DNA of 64,000 bases from Candidatus Omnitrophota bacterium (GCA_016190205.1 JACPQZ010000076.1:4632-68631); one strand, 5' to 3'. Positions 10,045-20,284 are shown, counted from the stretch's first letter. Made by a program: numbers and translations. The notes: generated from the letters alone by a model not told the origin.

Positions 10045-10823
10045 CCGCGTTTAACCTTACGGATTTTGCGATCCTCTCCTTTACCACCCTATTTGTCATC
10101 GTCGACCCCATCGGACTCGTGCCGACCTTCCTGGCCATGACCGCGTCCAACAGCTTGAGCGAAAAGCGGCACATGGCCTTGGTCGCAACCGCAACCTGCG
10201 CCGTGCTGCTCATCGTGTTCACCCTGGCAGGTCAGGCCATCCTCCGTGCCTTAAGTCTCACGCTCTCCGCATTCGAGCTCGCGGGCGGGATGGTGCTCAC
10301 CGTGATCGCCCTGGATATGCTCAAGGCCCGCCGCACGCCGATTAAGGAAACGCCCGAGGAAAAAAAAGAGGGCATCGACAAGGATGATATCGCCATCACA
10401 CCCCTCGCCGTGCCCATGCTCGCGGGACCCGGCGCCCTGACCACTGTAATTCTATTAAGCAGCAGGGCGGAAAATTGGATTTATAGTTCCGTGCTCCTCC
10501 TCAATATCATACTGGTTTCGGTCTCCGCCTACCTCATCCTGCGCATTTCACTCAGCCGGGCCAACCTCTTTGGGGTGCTCCCCATGAAAATCGCGACGCG
10601 GCTCATGGGCCTATTTCTTTTGGCCATCGCGGCCCAGTTCCTCATGAACGCGCTTGCGTCCCAAATTCAATCTTCCTTCTCGCTTTCCTCTTCTTCCTCT
10701 TCAATGCCCTCCTCCAACTCTTCCGGCTCATCCTCGCTGGGACTGGGCCTGCCGGGACCAGAGCCGGGAGAAACAGAATCGTCGCCTGACCCGATCAGCC
10801 TTCTCTCTTCCGAGAACATCTAA
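10041..10823 (+). CDS. marC: MarC family (UPF0056) integral membrane protein with a Ser-rich C-terminal tail
   Basis: Several transmembrane segments plus the MarC N-terminal pattern FVIVDPIGLVPTFLAM. The ATGA overlaps the glgP stop. The last ~55 aa are low-complexity Ser/Pro. Confidence 0.7.
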   Translation: MTAFNLTDFAILSFTTLFVIVDPIGLVPTFLAMTASNSLSEKRHMALVATATCAVLLIVFTLAGQAILRALSLTLSAFELAGGMVLTVIALDMLKARRTPIKETPEEKKEGIDKDDIAITPLAVPMLAGPGALTTVILLSSRAENWIYSSVLLLNIILVSVSAYLILRISLSRANLFGVLPMKIATRLMGLFLLAIAAQFLMNALASQIQSSFSLSSSSSSMPSSNSSGSSSLGLGLPGPEPGETESSPDPISLLSSENI

Positions 10824-10866
10824 CTCACCCCCTTTCATGAACCGTGCCCCTCGCACGGCGTACGAA

Positions 10867-11931
10867 TTATAGGGCCCGCGACTCGGACTTGTCAAGCGGT
10901 TTTAAGACGCCGGTCACGAGCTGGCCGCAGGCTGCCTGGATGTCGTCCCCCATGGTCTTCCGCAGGGTGACTTGAAGACCCCGCTCCTTAAGATGATCGG
11001 CAAAATTCCTGATCTGTGCAGGCAGTGAGGACTCAATCGCCTCGCGCGGGATGGCGTTATAGGGAATGAGATTGATGCGCACGCGGCCGATGGGAAGCGT
11101 AAAGCGGGCCAGGGCCTCCGCCTCTTCTAAAGAATCATTGATCCCCTTGAGCATGACGTATTCGAAGGTGAGGTGATGGCGGCGGTTTCCGTGCCGCCTG
11201 ACGTAGCGCCGGGCCCAGTCCTGGATTTTTGGAAGAAAATTTTCGGGGCCTGTGGGAACAAGACGTGCATGGGTGCCACGCACCGCGCTGTGGAGGGAAA
11301 CCGCCATGCGCACACGCGGCCAGCCGGGATCTTTGAGGATGTGCTCAAGAGGCGTTAAGAGCCCCACGGTGGAGACTGTGATGCGCGTGGGGCCCAAGGG
11401 GGTTGAGGTAAGCCAGGTATGAAGGGCCGCCTGGACCTCGTCCATATTCGCGAGGGGCTCCCCCATTCCCATGAGGACCATGTTGGTGATCCGGCCGAGT
11501 CCGCGCCGCTCTTTAAGATAATCCTGCCAGAACCGGTATTGATCCGTAATTTCATCCCGCGTGAGATTACGTCGGAATCCCATATGTCCGGTGGCGCAGA
11601 AAATGCATGCCATCGCGCATCCCACTTGGGTCGAGACACAAACCGTCCACCCGCTCCTTGCGTTCGCCATGAGAACGGTCTCAACAGCCCTGCCGTCGTC
11701 CAGCTTCAGCAGTGCCTTGAAGGTGTCATGGCTTGCACTTTCAAAAACCTGCGCGTCCCGGTAGGCTGTCCAGGGGATCTGCTCCCCAACCTTTGCGCGC
11801 ATCGCGGCAGGGAGCACCGTGGCCTCGTCCCAGTTATTCCACTTTCCGGCAAATAATCCCTGCTCCACCTGCCGCCAGCGGTAGGAGGGCGCATCTGGAA
11901 AAATGGTTTGAAATAACTCCTGTCTATTCAA
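10867..11931 (-). CDS. rlmN: 23S rRNA/tRNA (adenine-C2)-methyltransferase RlmN (radical SAM)
   Basis: Contains the radical SAM motif CAMACIFCATG and RlmN-like termini. Confidence 0.85.
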   Translation of the reverse strand: MNRQELFQTIFPDAPSYRWRQVEQGLFAGKWNNWDEATVLPAAMRAKVGEQIPWTAYRDAQVFESASHDTFKALLKLDDGRAVETVLMANARSGWTVCVSTQVGCAMACIFCATGHMGFRRNLTRDEITDQYRFWQDYLKERRGLGRITNMVLMGMGEPLANMDEVQAALHTWLTSTPLGPTRITVSTVGLLTPLEHILKDPGWPRVRMAVSLHSAVRGTHARLVPTGPENFLPKIQDWARRYVRRHGNRRHHLTFEYVMLKGINDSLEEAEALARFTLPIGRVRINLIPYNAIPREAIESSLPAQIRNFADHLKERGLQVTLRKTMGDDIQAACGQLVTGVLKPLDKSESRAL

Positions 11932-11934
11932 AAT

Positions 11935-13530
11935 TTAGTGCCGGGTGCTGTGATGTGGGGAATAGGATCCGCGGCGGCTGGCGAGGTAAATGAGGGCCAC
12001 GACGCCGAAAAGGATCCCAAGTATGAGAAAGCGGGCAAACCAAATGTAGGGCTGGTTTTCGGCAGGGACCCCTTCCATCGAAAGCACCCGAAGTCCTTCC
12101 TGGGAAAACCAGATGAAGAGGAGTACCACCAGAAATGCGGGCGTTACATATTTTACAACCGGGATGAAGATGCGCGGCACGGTGAAATGCGCCCCCCTAT
12201 GGATTTCTTGCCACGCCCTCCGCGAGCCGAATATCCACATGAAAAGGATCACCTCAATAGCCGCAAGCGATACAGGCCCCAGCGTCCCGATCCAGAAATC
12301 CATCTCGTTTAAGAAACCGTATTTTAAGAAAAGGATGACGGGCTGGGCGAAGAAAAAAAGCGCAAGGCCCACCACCCACGCCGCCTGGCGGCGGGTAAAT
12401 TTAAGCTCCTCCTGCAAAAATGCCATAAGGGGCTGAAGGAGGCCCACCGAAGACGTGATACCCGCCAAAAAAAGCAGCAAAAACCAAAAGGTTCCGAAGG
12501 CCTGGCCGAACGGAAGGCGTTGAAACACCATCGGCATGGCGAAAAACCCGAGGTCAAACGACCCGCCCGAGGCGATCTGGGCCGTTTGCGCAAGGCCAAA
12601 GAAGGCTACCGTCGCGGGGATCGCTATCGAACCTCCCAGTCCCACTTCGGCCACTTCGTTCATACAGGCCGTCGTAAGTCCCCCGGCCACCAAGTCGTCC
12701 TTTTTGGAGAGATAGCTCGCGTAAGTTTGAATGGCCCCGAACCCCAGGCTTAACGTAAAAAAGATCTGCCCCGTTGCCGCGAGCCAGACCTTGACATCTG
12801 AAAGCCGCGAGTAGTCCGGGCGCCACATAAAAGCAAACCCCGAAGCGGCATTCTGCTCCGGATGAAGGGGATCAGGAGCGCCCAATGTGATCACCCGGAT
12901 GAGAAGGATAATCCCAAATAGATAAATGAGCGGAAGCGCGATATTCGCAAGCCTCTCTATGCCGCGCGACACACCTCCCAGCAGAATCCAAATATTGACA
13001 GCCAGGGTGACCAGAAAGAAAAAATACGCCGGGGCGATGCTCGGGAAATAGTGATTGGACATCTTGCCCTGAAAACCGGAGAGAAAAGCACTCATCTCGC
13101 CAAACTCGCTGATCCCGAAATAGCTTCCGGACATGGAGAAGAAACTGTAGGCGAGCGTCCAAGACTCGATGTAGAGGTAATAAACGGTCACGCAGAAAGG
13201 GATAAAGATCCCGAGCGCCCCCAAATATTTGGCGATGGGATTGGCCCACAGCCGGTGGAACATGCCAGGTGTCGTACTGTGTCCGAACTGGCCCCCGTAA
13301 CGCCCCATCGCCCATTCCACCCACATGAGCGGGATCCCCATGAGGATGAGCGCCGTAAAATAAGGAATGAGAAAGACACCGCCGCCGTTTTGGGCGCATT
13401 GCACTGGAAAGCGGAGGAAATTCCCCAGCCCGATGGCATTTCCCGCCATGGCGAGGATGAGTCCCATCCGGGTGGCCCAGCGTTCCCGCTCCCTGGCTGG
13501 GGAGCCCGCCCCGTGTCCTTTGTGGGTCAT
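11935..13530 (-). CDS. Sodium-dependent transporter, SNF/NSS family
   Basis: Contains the NSS signature GLILAMAGNAIGLGNFLRFP and has about 12 transmembrane segments. Confidence 0.85.
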   Translation of the reverse strand: MTHKGHGAGSPARERERWATRMGLILAMAGNAIGLGNFLRFPVQCAQNGGGVFLIPYFTALILMGIPLMWVEWAMGRYGGQFGHSTTPGMFHRLWANPIAKYLGALGIFIPFCVTVYYLYIESWTLAYSFFSMSGSYFGISEFGEMSAFLSGFQGKMSNHYFPSIAPAYFFFLVTLAVNIWILLGGVSRGIERLANIALPLIYLFGIILLIRVITLGAPDPLHPEQNAASGFAFMWRPDYSRLSDVKVWLAATGQIFFTLSLGFGAIQTYASYLSKKDDLVAGGLTTACMNEVAEVGLGGSIAIPATVAFFGLAQTAQIASGGSFDLGFFAMPMVFQRLPFGQAFGTFWFLLLFLAGITSSVGLLQPLMAFLQEELKFTRRQAAWVVGLALFFFAQPVILFLKYGFLNEMDFWIGTLGPVSLAAIEVILFMWIFGSRRAWQEIHRGAHFTVPRIFIPVVKYVTPAFLVVLLFIWFSQEGLRVLSMEGVPAENQPYIWFARFLILGILFGVVALIYLASRRGSYSPHHSTRH

Positions 13531-13572
13531 ACGGTGAAGTATTTTAACACATTGTCGCGCATCGTGCTTCGT

Positions 13573-14397
13573 TCAGCGCGGTTCGTGAAGGCAGCTCCGT
13601 AGAAAGGCGCACAGGACCAGGCACACGCCAAAGGTGCACACGACCGCGGCGCCTGTGGGAAGATCCCATGCGTAAGACGCGGCCATCCCCGCCATGCTGG
13701 TTATGATGCCCGTGATCCAGCCCACCGCGAGCCGGCTCCCCACAGAGCGGGCCAGAAGCACCCCGCAGACCGCAGGGACGATGAGAAATGAAAAAACGAG
13801 GAGCACTCCGGCCATCTCGACCGAGCTCGCCACCACAAACCCAAACGTGGCGTAGAACAAAAAATCCCACGCCCGGACTTTGAACCCCCGCGCAAAGGCG
13901 GCCTCCGGGTCGCGGGAGATGAGCAATAACTCTCGGCGAGCCATCCAGTGCACTAACCCGATGGCGCTGTAAAGAGCAAAAGTCTTAGCGATCTCGGGCC
14001 AGCCGACGAATAGAAGATGTCCTACCATGAGCGACTTAAGCTCTTCCCCGCCCTCGGGCGCGCGGCTTAAAGCGAGAATGGCCGCGGCTGCCGCGACTGC
14101 GTACACGATTCCGATCAGGGCTTCTTGGGGAACCACAGGCTTTTTAAGGCGTGTGAGCGAAAAAACCGCGGCCCCCAGCAGCGTAAACACGAGCGCAAAG
14201 GTATAGCTCTCCGCAGTATGAAGGCCAAATCCCAGGAGAAATCCCACGGTGGAGCCCAGGGCCGCTACCTGGGCCAGCGCGAGATCCACAAAGATGACCT
14301 CCCGCTCTATCACGTGAAGACCCAAATAGGCGTGTATCCCCGTAAGGATCAAACAGGCCGCGAATGGCTTTAGCATGACTTCCAGAAACTCGGTCAT
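13573..14397 (-). CDS. Metal ABC transporter permease (ZnuB/MntB/TroC-like, ABC-3 family)
   Basis: 274-aa polytopic membrane protein with ABC-3 family features. It lies immediately downstream of the substrate-binding protein gene. Confidence 0.8.
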   Translation of the reverse strand: MTEFLEVMLKPFAACLILTGIHAYLGLHVIEREVIFVDLALAQVAALGSTVGFLLGFGLHTAESYTFALVFTLLGAAVFSLTRLKKPVVPQEALIGIVYAVAAAAAILALSRAPEGGEELKSLMVGHLLFVGWPEIAKTFALYSAIGLVHWMARRELLLISRDPEAAFARGFKVRAWDFLFYATFGFVVASSVEMAGVLLVFSFLIVPAVCGVLLARSVGSRLAVGWITGIITSMAGMAASYAWDLPTGAAVVCTFGVCLVLCAFLRSCLHEPR

Positions 14398-14406
14398 AAC
14401 GGTCTC

Positions 14407-15318
14407 CTATCGAAAATGGCTTGTAAGCTGCGATAGATTGTAATCCATAAGCGCGAAATAATCCCCGCACTCGGGCCTTTCCCCCACGTTCTGGCACAAA
14501 AGAACCACCTCGGCACCTGTTTTGCGCGCCAGGGAGTCGGAGGAACCCCGCGGGTAAAACGAAGCCTGGAGTATGGCCCCGATCCCGCGCTCCGCGATAT
14601 AACCCTCGAGGAACTGAATCTGCCTTGGGGTCGGAGGGATACCCGGTTTCGGCTCGAGGTATTGCGCGACGCGCAACCCTAAAAATTCCGCCAGGTAAAC
14701 CAGATCGTTGTGATACGCGACGGCCTCCTTTCCTCGGATCCCCTGGGCATCCTGCCTCCATTTCTCAACACGCCGGTCGAGCTCATCCAAAAACGCGCGC
14801 AGACGGCCTTGATAGGCCTCGGAATGAACCGGGTCCACCTCGCTCAACTTCTCCGCGATAGCAACAGCCATCACGCGGACATTATCCGGAATGAGCCAGT
14901 AGTGCGGGTTTCCGTATATATGAATGTCTCCGGCTGCGCGCGTGGGAACTTGCGCCGGCACCTCCAGGAGCCTCACCCCCTGTGAAAGATCGAGTTCCCT
15001 TTGACCCCCGGGTCTTAACTCGGACTTCCCGGCGGCATCCACGAGCGGATAGCGCCAGGGCTCGAGGTCAAGCCCGGCATGCACGAATAGATCCGCCCTT
15101 CTCACCTTGAGCACATCCCCGGGCCTGGGCTCGATGAAGTGTGGGTTAAAGCGCGGCGGGGCCACGAACGATACCTCCACGTCCTCTCCCCCGATTTTTT
15201 CCACAAGATCGGCAAATGTGGAGAGCGTTGCGACCACACGGATGGTCTCCGCCTTCACCGCACCCGCACTGAAATGAAGTGCCCAAAGGGCACCGAGTAC
15301 TGCAAAAAAATGTTTCAT
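14407..15318 (-). CDS. Metal ABC transporter substrate-binding protein (ZnuA/TroA-like)
   Basis: Has a signal peptide and a TroA-like fold signature (IRVVATLSTFADLV...EPRPGDV...ADLFVHAGLDLEPW). Confidence 0.8.
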   Translation of the reverse strand: MKHFFAVLGALWALHFSAGAVKAETIRVVATLSTFADLVEKIGGEDVEVSFVAPPRFNPHFIEPRPGDVLKVRRADLFVHAGLDLEPWRYPLVDAAGKSELRPGGQRELDLSQGVRLLEVPAQVPTRAAGDIHIYGNPHYWLIPDNVRVMAVAIAEKLSEVDPVHSEAYQGRLRAFLDELDRRVEKWRQDAQGIRGKEAVAYHNDLVYLAEFLGLRVAQYLEPKPGIPPTPRQIQFLEGYIAERGIGAILQASFYPRGSSDSLARKTGAEVVLLCQNVGERPECGDYFALMDYNLSQLTSHFR

Positions 15319-15341
15319 GTTGGGTGCTCCTATTTAGAAAT

Positions 15342-16613
15342 CTACTGAAGCTGGTGCTTGTGTACGCCGATCGCGACAGTTCCCTGCAGGAACACCTTGT
15401 CATCGTTTCCCCCGTCGGCCTCTTCGAGGTGCTGGTACTGCGCCCGCCAGCGCGCAAATTCGCTCTGATAAAAAGTGAGATAGCCGTTCCAGGCGACGTC
15501 CTCATCGCGGGGGTTTTCCACGGCATTGTCCACGGGCTCGACAAAATCAAAACGCCCGCCTATTCCAAAGCGCGGCGAAAGCCGGTAGTCCGCCAGGGCG
15601 TAGAGGCCCCAGGGATTATCATCAAGCCCCGCATCGGTCTCGTCCCGGTTCTGGAGATAGAGCTCGCTCTGAAGCTTGAGCTTGTTTTGAGGGGTAAAAT
15701 AGTGCACAAGCGTCGCATCGAATCCGACGGCGTTCACCTCAAAATGCTCGTCCGCATCTTTGGAGCCCGTTAAGTGAGTGAAGCCAAGCTCCAGATTGGT
15801 CAAGTCGGAAAAGTCCACGAAGTTTTTAAGGTGGGTGTATAAGGACGGGCGCCTCCGCGTAGAGCCAAAGAGCGTTCCGTCTTCCCCAATGCCGCCCTCC
15901 ATTACCCCGGCAGTCACCTCATGCGTAACTCTTTCCCAAGGAAGCGGCAGAAAGTACGAGAGCTCTGCGGCTGTCCGATAAAGGCCTTCCACCCCGAGAT
16001 AACTCTGCACGACCAAGGGTTCATCGACAGTGTCCAATTGATCACGATGGACGGAGCTCGCTTTTCCTATCTTGGGACGTATTCTTCCCAGTCGCCCCTT
16101 GAGATCCAATGGAAGCCCCCAGTGCGTGATATACGCCTCCTCGAGCGCCACGTCCTCAAAATCCGAGAACGTGATGGTTGAATCAAAGCGGCTGTAGGGG
16201 TCCACATCGTGTCCAATGATAAGCTCCAGTTCCCGCACGCTCAATTTATCATTCCCTTCCGTATCCGCACGGGACTGACTTAAATTCGCCGTGACGTCAG
16301 CCAGCATACCGATTTCAGGATTAAACGCCGAAAGTCCCGGAGCAGTCACGGGGGCGCGCTCGGGGGCCGGGGACGCAAGCACAACCTGAGGCCCGACACT
16401 TCCCTCCCGAAGAGCCCGGTTGGCCTGCTCCAGGTCTTCAAGCCTCGCCTGTTGCGATCGAACCATGGCCTCCAAATCCACCACGAGAGCCTTGAGCTCG
16501 TCCATTTGCGCCGTGAGCCCTTCCATATCTAAAGGCGGGGCACCGGCCCGTACGCTATGGGGAAATACACAGCACAGGCATAAGACTGCCAATAATATTG
16601 ACTTTTTCATCAC
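15342..16613 (-). CDS. Outer-membrane beta-barrel protein with an N-terminal coiled coil (putative metal-associated porin)
   Basis: Has a signal peptide, a heptad-rich segment (LTAQMDELKALVVDLEAMVRSQQARLEDLEQ) and a C-terminal region of alternating beta-strand pattern. It is adjacent to the metal ABC genes. Confidence 0.5.
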   Translation of the reverse strand: MMKKSILLAVLCLCCVFPHSVRAGAPPLDMEGLTAQMDELKALVVDLEAMVRSQQARLEDLEQANRALREGSVGPQVVLASPAPERAPVTAPGLSAFNPEIGMLADVTANLSQSRADTEGNDKLSVRELELIIGHDVDPYSRFDSTITFSDFEDVALEEAYITHWGLPLDLKGRLGRIRPKIGKASSVHRDQLDTVDEPLVVQSYLGVEGLYRTAAELSYFLPLPWERVTHEVTAGVMEGGIGEDGTLFGSTRRRPSLYTHLKNFVDFSDLTNLELGFTHLTGSKDADEHFEVNAVGFDATLVHYFTPQNKLKLQSELYLQNRDETDAGLDDNPWGLYALADYRLSPRFGIGGRFDFVEPVDNAVENPRDEDVAWNGYLTFYQSEFARWRAQYQHLEEADGGNDDKVFLQGTVAIGVHKHQLQ

Positions 16614-16690
16614 ACACCTCTTATGGATGAGTTCTTAATGAAAAACTGGTGATAATTTCTTGAACAAACGCCGAGAACTACTAGGAACTG

Positions 16691-16948
16691 CTAGGCTAAG
16701 CTGGGGGGTGAACGGGGAGATGTTGTAAAAACGTCAATCTGCTGATGGAATGCTTCTTGGAACACGGAACTTAATAAAGGGGGAACGCCCAATGGGTACA
16801 GGGCGTAATTTGAAGGCGCCGGCAGGACGGACGAATGGCTCAACAGCCGGCAAGCTAGACAGAGATCGCCGTCGTGCGGATTGGAAAGGGCGAGATGGAG
16901 GCATGGGACTAGAAGGCAAAAAACAAGGGCAAAGGCGGCACAAGCCAT
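16691..16948 (-). CDS. DUF2946-like small secreted Cys/His protein (putative metal binding)
   Basis: Signal peptide MACAAFALVFCLLVPCLHLALS followed by HDGDLCLACRLLSHSSVLPAP. This matches the DUF2946 pattern H-x-G-D-x-L-x-A-C-x-x-C-x-L-L-x-H-x-x-x-x-P. Confidence 0.5.
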   Translation of the reverse strand: MACAAFALVFCLLVPCLHLALSNPHDGDLCLACRLLSHSSVLPAPSNYALYPLGVPPLLSSVFQEAFHQQIDVFTTSPRSPPSLA

Positions 16949-17228
16949 CGCCGCACGTTGAACTCGTTCGGGCTTCTGGAGGTTCGTCATTACTCGCACA
17001 TCGTACTCCTGACGCGTGAAGCCGTCAACCCTCCCTGATCTGAATTAACTTATCTCTTGCCTGCACGCTTCCGGCCCACGTCAATAGAACCAAAGACGCA
17101 ATAACTTTTATCATGTTGGCCTCTTTCATGGATAACTCAAAACATCTTCGTCAACAATTTCCCGAGGACCCGTTCCACGGGCAGGCCCGCCACATTCGAG
17201 CGCAGCCCTCTTACAGTCTGAAGGTAGA

Positions 17229-18512
17229 TCATGAGACGAGCGCGCGCGCGGCGCCCCGGCCGGCCAGCGCCCCCGTACTCCATGCCCATTGGAAATTGAA
17301 CCCGCCGATGCGGCCGTCCACATCCAAGACCTCACCCGCGAAATAAAGGCCTGCTACGAGCTTCGACTCCATGGTGGATACATCTACCTCCCGTAAATCC
17401 ACTCCCCCCGCCGTCACCTCCGCCTTTTTATAGCCGTACACCCCTTCAACTTCAAGAGGATACTCGAGCAGTGCATGGACAAGCCGTCTGCGGGTTTCGT
17501 TTGAACTTGCCCCGATCGTTTGGGTTCCGTCAATGCCCAGCTTTTTAAGAAGTGTCTCTGCAAACCGGCCGGGCAGCGAGAGCTCCCTAACCAAGACGCT
17601 TTGAATATGTCTTTTCGGCATTTTCACGTGCTCGGACTCAACCGCGCGGCTCAATGTCTCTTCACGATGTCCGGGCAGAAAGCTGATCACGACCTTGGGT
17701 TTTTCCTCGGGTCGAGCCGTCGCCACGTGCCGGCTGATATCGAGCGCCGCGGGTCCGCTGAACCCAAAATGCGTGAACAAAAATGCACCCCGGTTCTCGC
17801 ACTGTTTTCTTCCGTCCTTAGAAAACGTGAGCCGCGCCTCAAGGGATAAACCGCTTAAGTTTCTCCAATCGCGGTCATTCGTAAGAAGCGGAGTGAGCGC
17901 GGGGTGCGTGCCGACGATCGTGTGGCCGAAACCGCTTGCGAACCTGTATCCCGCGCCGTCACTTCCCGTGGTCGGATACGACAAGCCGCCTGTTGTTATG
18001 ATGACTTTCCGGGCCGAAACGCAGAACGCATCGCCCTGGCCGCTGAGCCGAAACCTGTCTCCCGATCGCTTAACATCTGTAACCCGGGCGTCCGTTTTTA
18101 AAGCAGTGCCCGCACGGCCTACTTCCTTGATGAGTGCATCCAATACGGTTTGCGCGGAATGTGAAACGGGAAAGAATTTACCGGGTGGCTCCAGGACCAG
18201 CTCCACCCCGATACCATTGAAAAACCCCATAGCGTCGGCGGGCGTAAACGCCTCGAGGACATGCTTGACAAAATGGCGGGGCCCGCCCTGGAAGTCGGAC
18301 GGCTTTACTTCCTTGTGGGTCACATTGCAACGCGTCCCGCCCGACATGAGGATCTTGGCCCCGACCTTCCGGCTGGTTTCCAAGAGAAGGATCTCGAGAG
18401 GCGCGCGCTTCTCTTGAGCGGTTCTACCCGCGCAGATTGCGGCCATGAGGCCCGCCGCCCCGGCCCCGACTATAGCGATATCTACGACAAGCGTTGGAGA
18501 GGGTCCTATCAT
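17229..18512 (-). CDS. NAD(P)/FAD-dependent oxidoreductase, HI0933/aminoacetone-oxidase family flavoprotein
   Basis: N-terminal dinucleotide motif DIAIVGAGAAGLMAAI and HI0933-like overall length and architecture. Confidence 0.8.
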   Translation of the reverse strand: MIGPSPTLVVDIAIVGAGAAGLMAAICAGRTAQEKRAPLEILLLETSRKVGAKILMSGGTRCNVTHKEVKPSDFQGGPRHFVKHVLEAFTPADAMGFFNGIGVELVLEPPGKFFPVSHSAQTVLDALIKEVGRAGTALKTDARVTDVKRSGDRFRLSGQGDAFCVSARKVIITTGGLSYPTTGSDGAGYRFASGFGHTIVGTHPALTPLLTNDRDWRNLSGLSLEARLTFSKDGRKQCENRGAFLFTHFGFSGPAALDISRHVATARPEEKPKVVISFLPGHREETLSRAVESEHVKMPKRHIQSVLVRELSLPGRFAETLLKKLGIDGTQTIGASSNETRRRLVHALLEYPLEVEGVYGYKKAEVTAGGVDLREVDVSTMESKLVAGLYFAGEVLDVDGRIGGFNFQWAWSTGALAGRGAARALVS

Positions 18513-18572
18513 AAAGGGAGATCTAGCGGGCGAAGGCCGTGAACGCCGGTAAGGATACTTCCGCTCTTGCCG

Positions 18573-18941
18573 TTATATCTTGAGCGCCCTATTCACCTTC
18601 TCGATAAGGGCCGCAGGCGAATAAGGCTTGACGATATAATCTACGGCGCCGCAGGCGTGGGCCATGGCGACATCATCCGCCTGCGCCCGCAGCGTCAGCA
18701 TGATGACCGGGATGCCGCGCGTGGCTTCATCCTTCTTCAGGGTATCGGCCGCTTGGAAGCCGTCCAGAACCGGCATGATAAGATCCATCAGCACGAGATC
18801 CGGTCTTTCCGTCCGGGCCTTCTCCACCCCTTTTTTCCCGTTCTCCGCCGTCACCACCTCAAAGCCGCAGGCCTTCAGGCGCTCCAAAATCCCCTCGCGG
18901 ATTTCCGGCTCATCGTCCACGACCAGTATTTTTTTGGCCAT
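18573..18941 (-). CDS. Single-domain response regulator (CheY-like receiver)
   Basis: 122 aa with receiver-domain hallmarks: ILVVDDEPEIRE, DLVLMDLIMP and the conserved K. Confidence 0.85.
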   Translation of the reverse strand: MAKKILVVDDEPEIREGILERLKACGFEVVTAENGKKGVEKARTERPDLVLMDLIMPVLDGFQAADTLKKDEATRGIPVIMLTLRAQADDVAMAHACGAVDYIVKPYSPAALIEKVNRALKI

Positions 18942-18985
18942 TGGCTCTCTAACGGTTCATAAAATACAAATCCAATTGCCCCATC

Positions 18986-20284
18986 TTAATTCCTCACGAG
19001 ACCCCAATTTATTTCAAGCAGATTGAGAATCGAATCGCGCAGGATACTGAGCCCGGAGTCATTGAGATGAACGGCGTCCGTATAGAGCGTTTCCCGGTGA
19101 TCCCTGAAAACACCCGCCAGACCATAAACCGGGATTTTCTCTTCTATCCTGAGCAACTCCATCGAGTTGGCAACAATTAAATATCCCAGCGCGCGCTCCC
19201 GCGTAATGGTGCCCACCGTCTTCATCTCCTCTTCTGACAAGTCCTTTCCTATGGCCGGGACGGGCTGAAGCGCAAAGAGAGTTTTAACATTCAGGCGGGT
19301 TCCGATGGCGTGCATCATCCGAATATATTTTTTGTACATATCGAAGTCGAGCAACACCCCTTCATCAGGTTCCATTCCCCCCGGGGGCGCAAAGAAAAGA
19401 GTTGTTTTTTTACGCAAGGATTTCGTTCCTCCCGCCTCGCCGCGCGCGTAGATACCGCGGGCCCATCGACGCACTCCGTTGGTTACAAGGTATGAGAGCC
19501 TGGAGTGTCGGAACAGCCACACCTCCCTCTGAAAGCGCAGGAGGGCGCCGTCCAGCCGGAGCGGCCACATGGACTTTAGCCCGCCTCCCTCCTTTTCTAT
19601 GGCGGCAAAATAGTGGTCTGGCGGCTGTTCGAAACCGTAGCCCAGGGACTTCGAGATCCCATTCATATTGGTCATTTCGTTGACACCATCGAGGGTGATA
19701 ACCCCGTCCAGAAGGTGGGCATAGAGCGCAAAGAGAATAAACTGCTGTGGCTGGTGCCAGGCAGGACCCCCCCCATTCAAAACGATGAATCGCTTGATTC
19801 CCTCACTCTTGTAGTGCTGGTTTAGCGCTTCTTCGAGGATGTTTTTCTCAGGGACGAGGCCGGCCAGTTGTGCAGCGACAGAACCTCCCGTGAGCAGGAT
19901 GACAAATGTCCCCTCTTCCTTTCTTTCAGGCCAGTCCCGTCCGGCCATGCCCCGCTCATTGACACGCATGCGATCACCCGTTAGCTCCGGATCATGAACG
20001 AAGGAAAGGTAGGGATGGGGCATGATCAAATCAGCATGAGTCAAACCCTTGGGGACCACGTCCTCCATAAAACTGTTTCTTTGTGCAAGCATTTTGTCTG
20101 GGACGGACACAAAAAAACCGTCTGTTTTGCGGTAATAGATTAGGCAGGCTAACTCCAACAGGATAAGCGTTGCAAGGATGGAACAAATAACTAGTTCAAG
20201 TCGGACAAGGAGCCGTTTCACAATTTCGTCAGTTCGCAACCGACTGCCCGGTCCGTTCCTTCGGTTCATAAAATACAAACTCAA
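18986..20284 (-). CDS. Membrane-anchored SGNH/GDSL-hydrolase-like protein (hypothetical)
   Basis: Has an N-terminal transmembrane helix, a GGS block (FVILLTGGSVAA) and a C-terminal DAVHLN (DxxH) motif typical of the SGNH fold. Confidence 0.45.
   Translation of the reverse strand: MSLYFMNRRNGPGSRLRTDEIVKRLLVRLELVICSILATLILLELACLIYYRKTDGFFVSVPDKMLAQRNSFMEDVVPKGLTHADLIMPHPYLSFVHDPELTGDRMRVNERGMAGRDWPERKEEGTFVILLTGGSVAAQLAGLVPEKNILEEALNQHYKSEGIKRFIVLNGGGPAWHQPQQFILFALYAHLLDGVITLDGVNEMTNMNGISKSLGYGFEQPPDHYFAAIEKEGGGLKSMWPLRLDGALLRFQREVWLFRHSRLSYLVTNGVRRWARGIYARGEAGGTKSLRKKTTLFFAPPGGMEPDEGVLLDFDMYKKYIRMMHAIGTRLNVKTLFALQPVPAIGKDLSEEEMKTVGTITRERALGYLIVANSMELLRIEEKIPVYGLAGVFRDHRETLYTDAVHLNDSGLSILRDSILNLLEINWGLVRN

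Noticed and set aside
16991-17090. A 32-codon minus-strand ORF with a signal-peptide-like sequence (MIKVIASLVLLTWAGSVQA...) upstream of the DUF2946 gene
   Set aside because: Too short, with no conservation evidence. It most likely belongs to the promoter or leader region.
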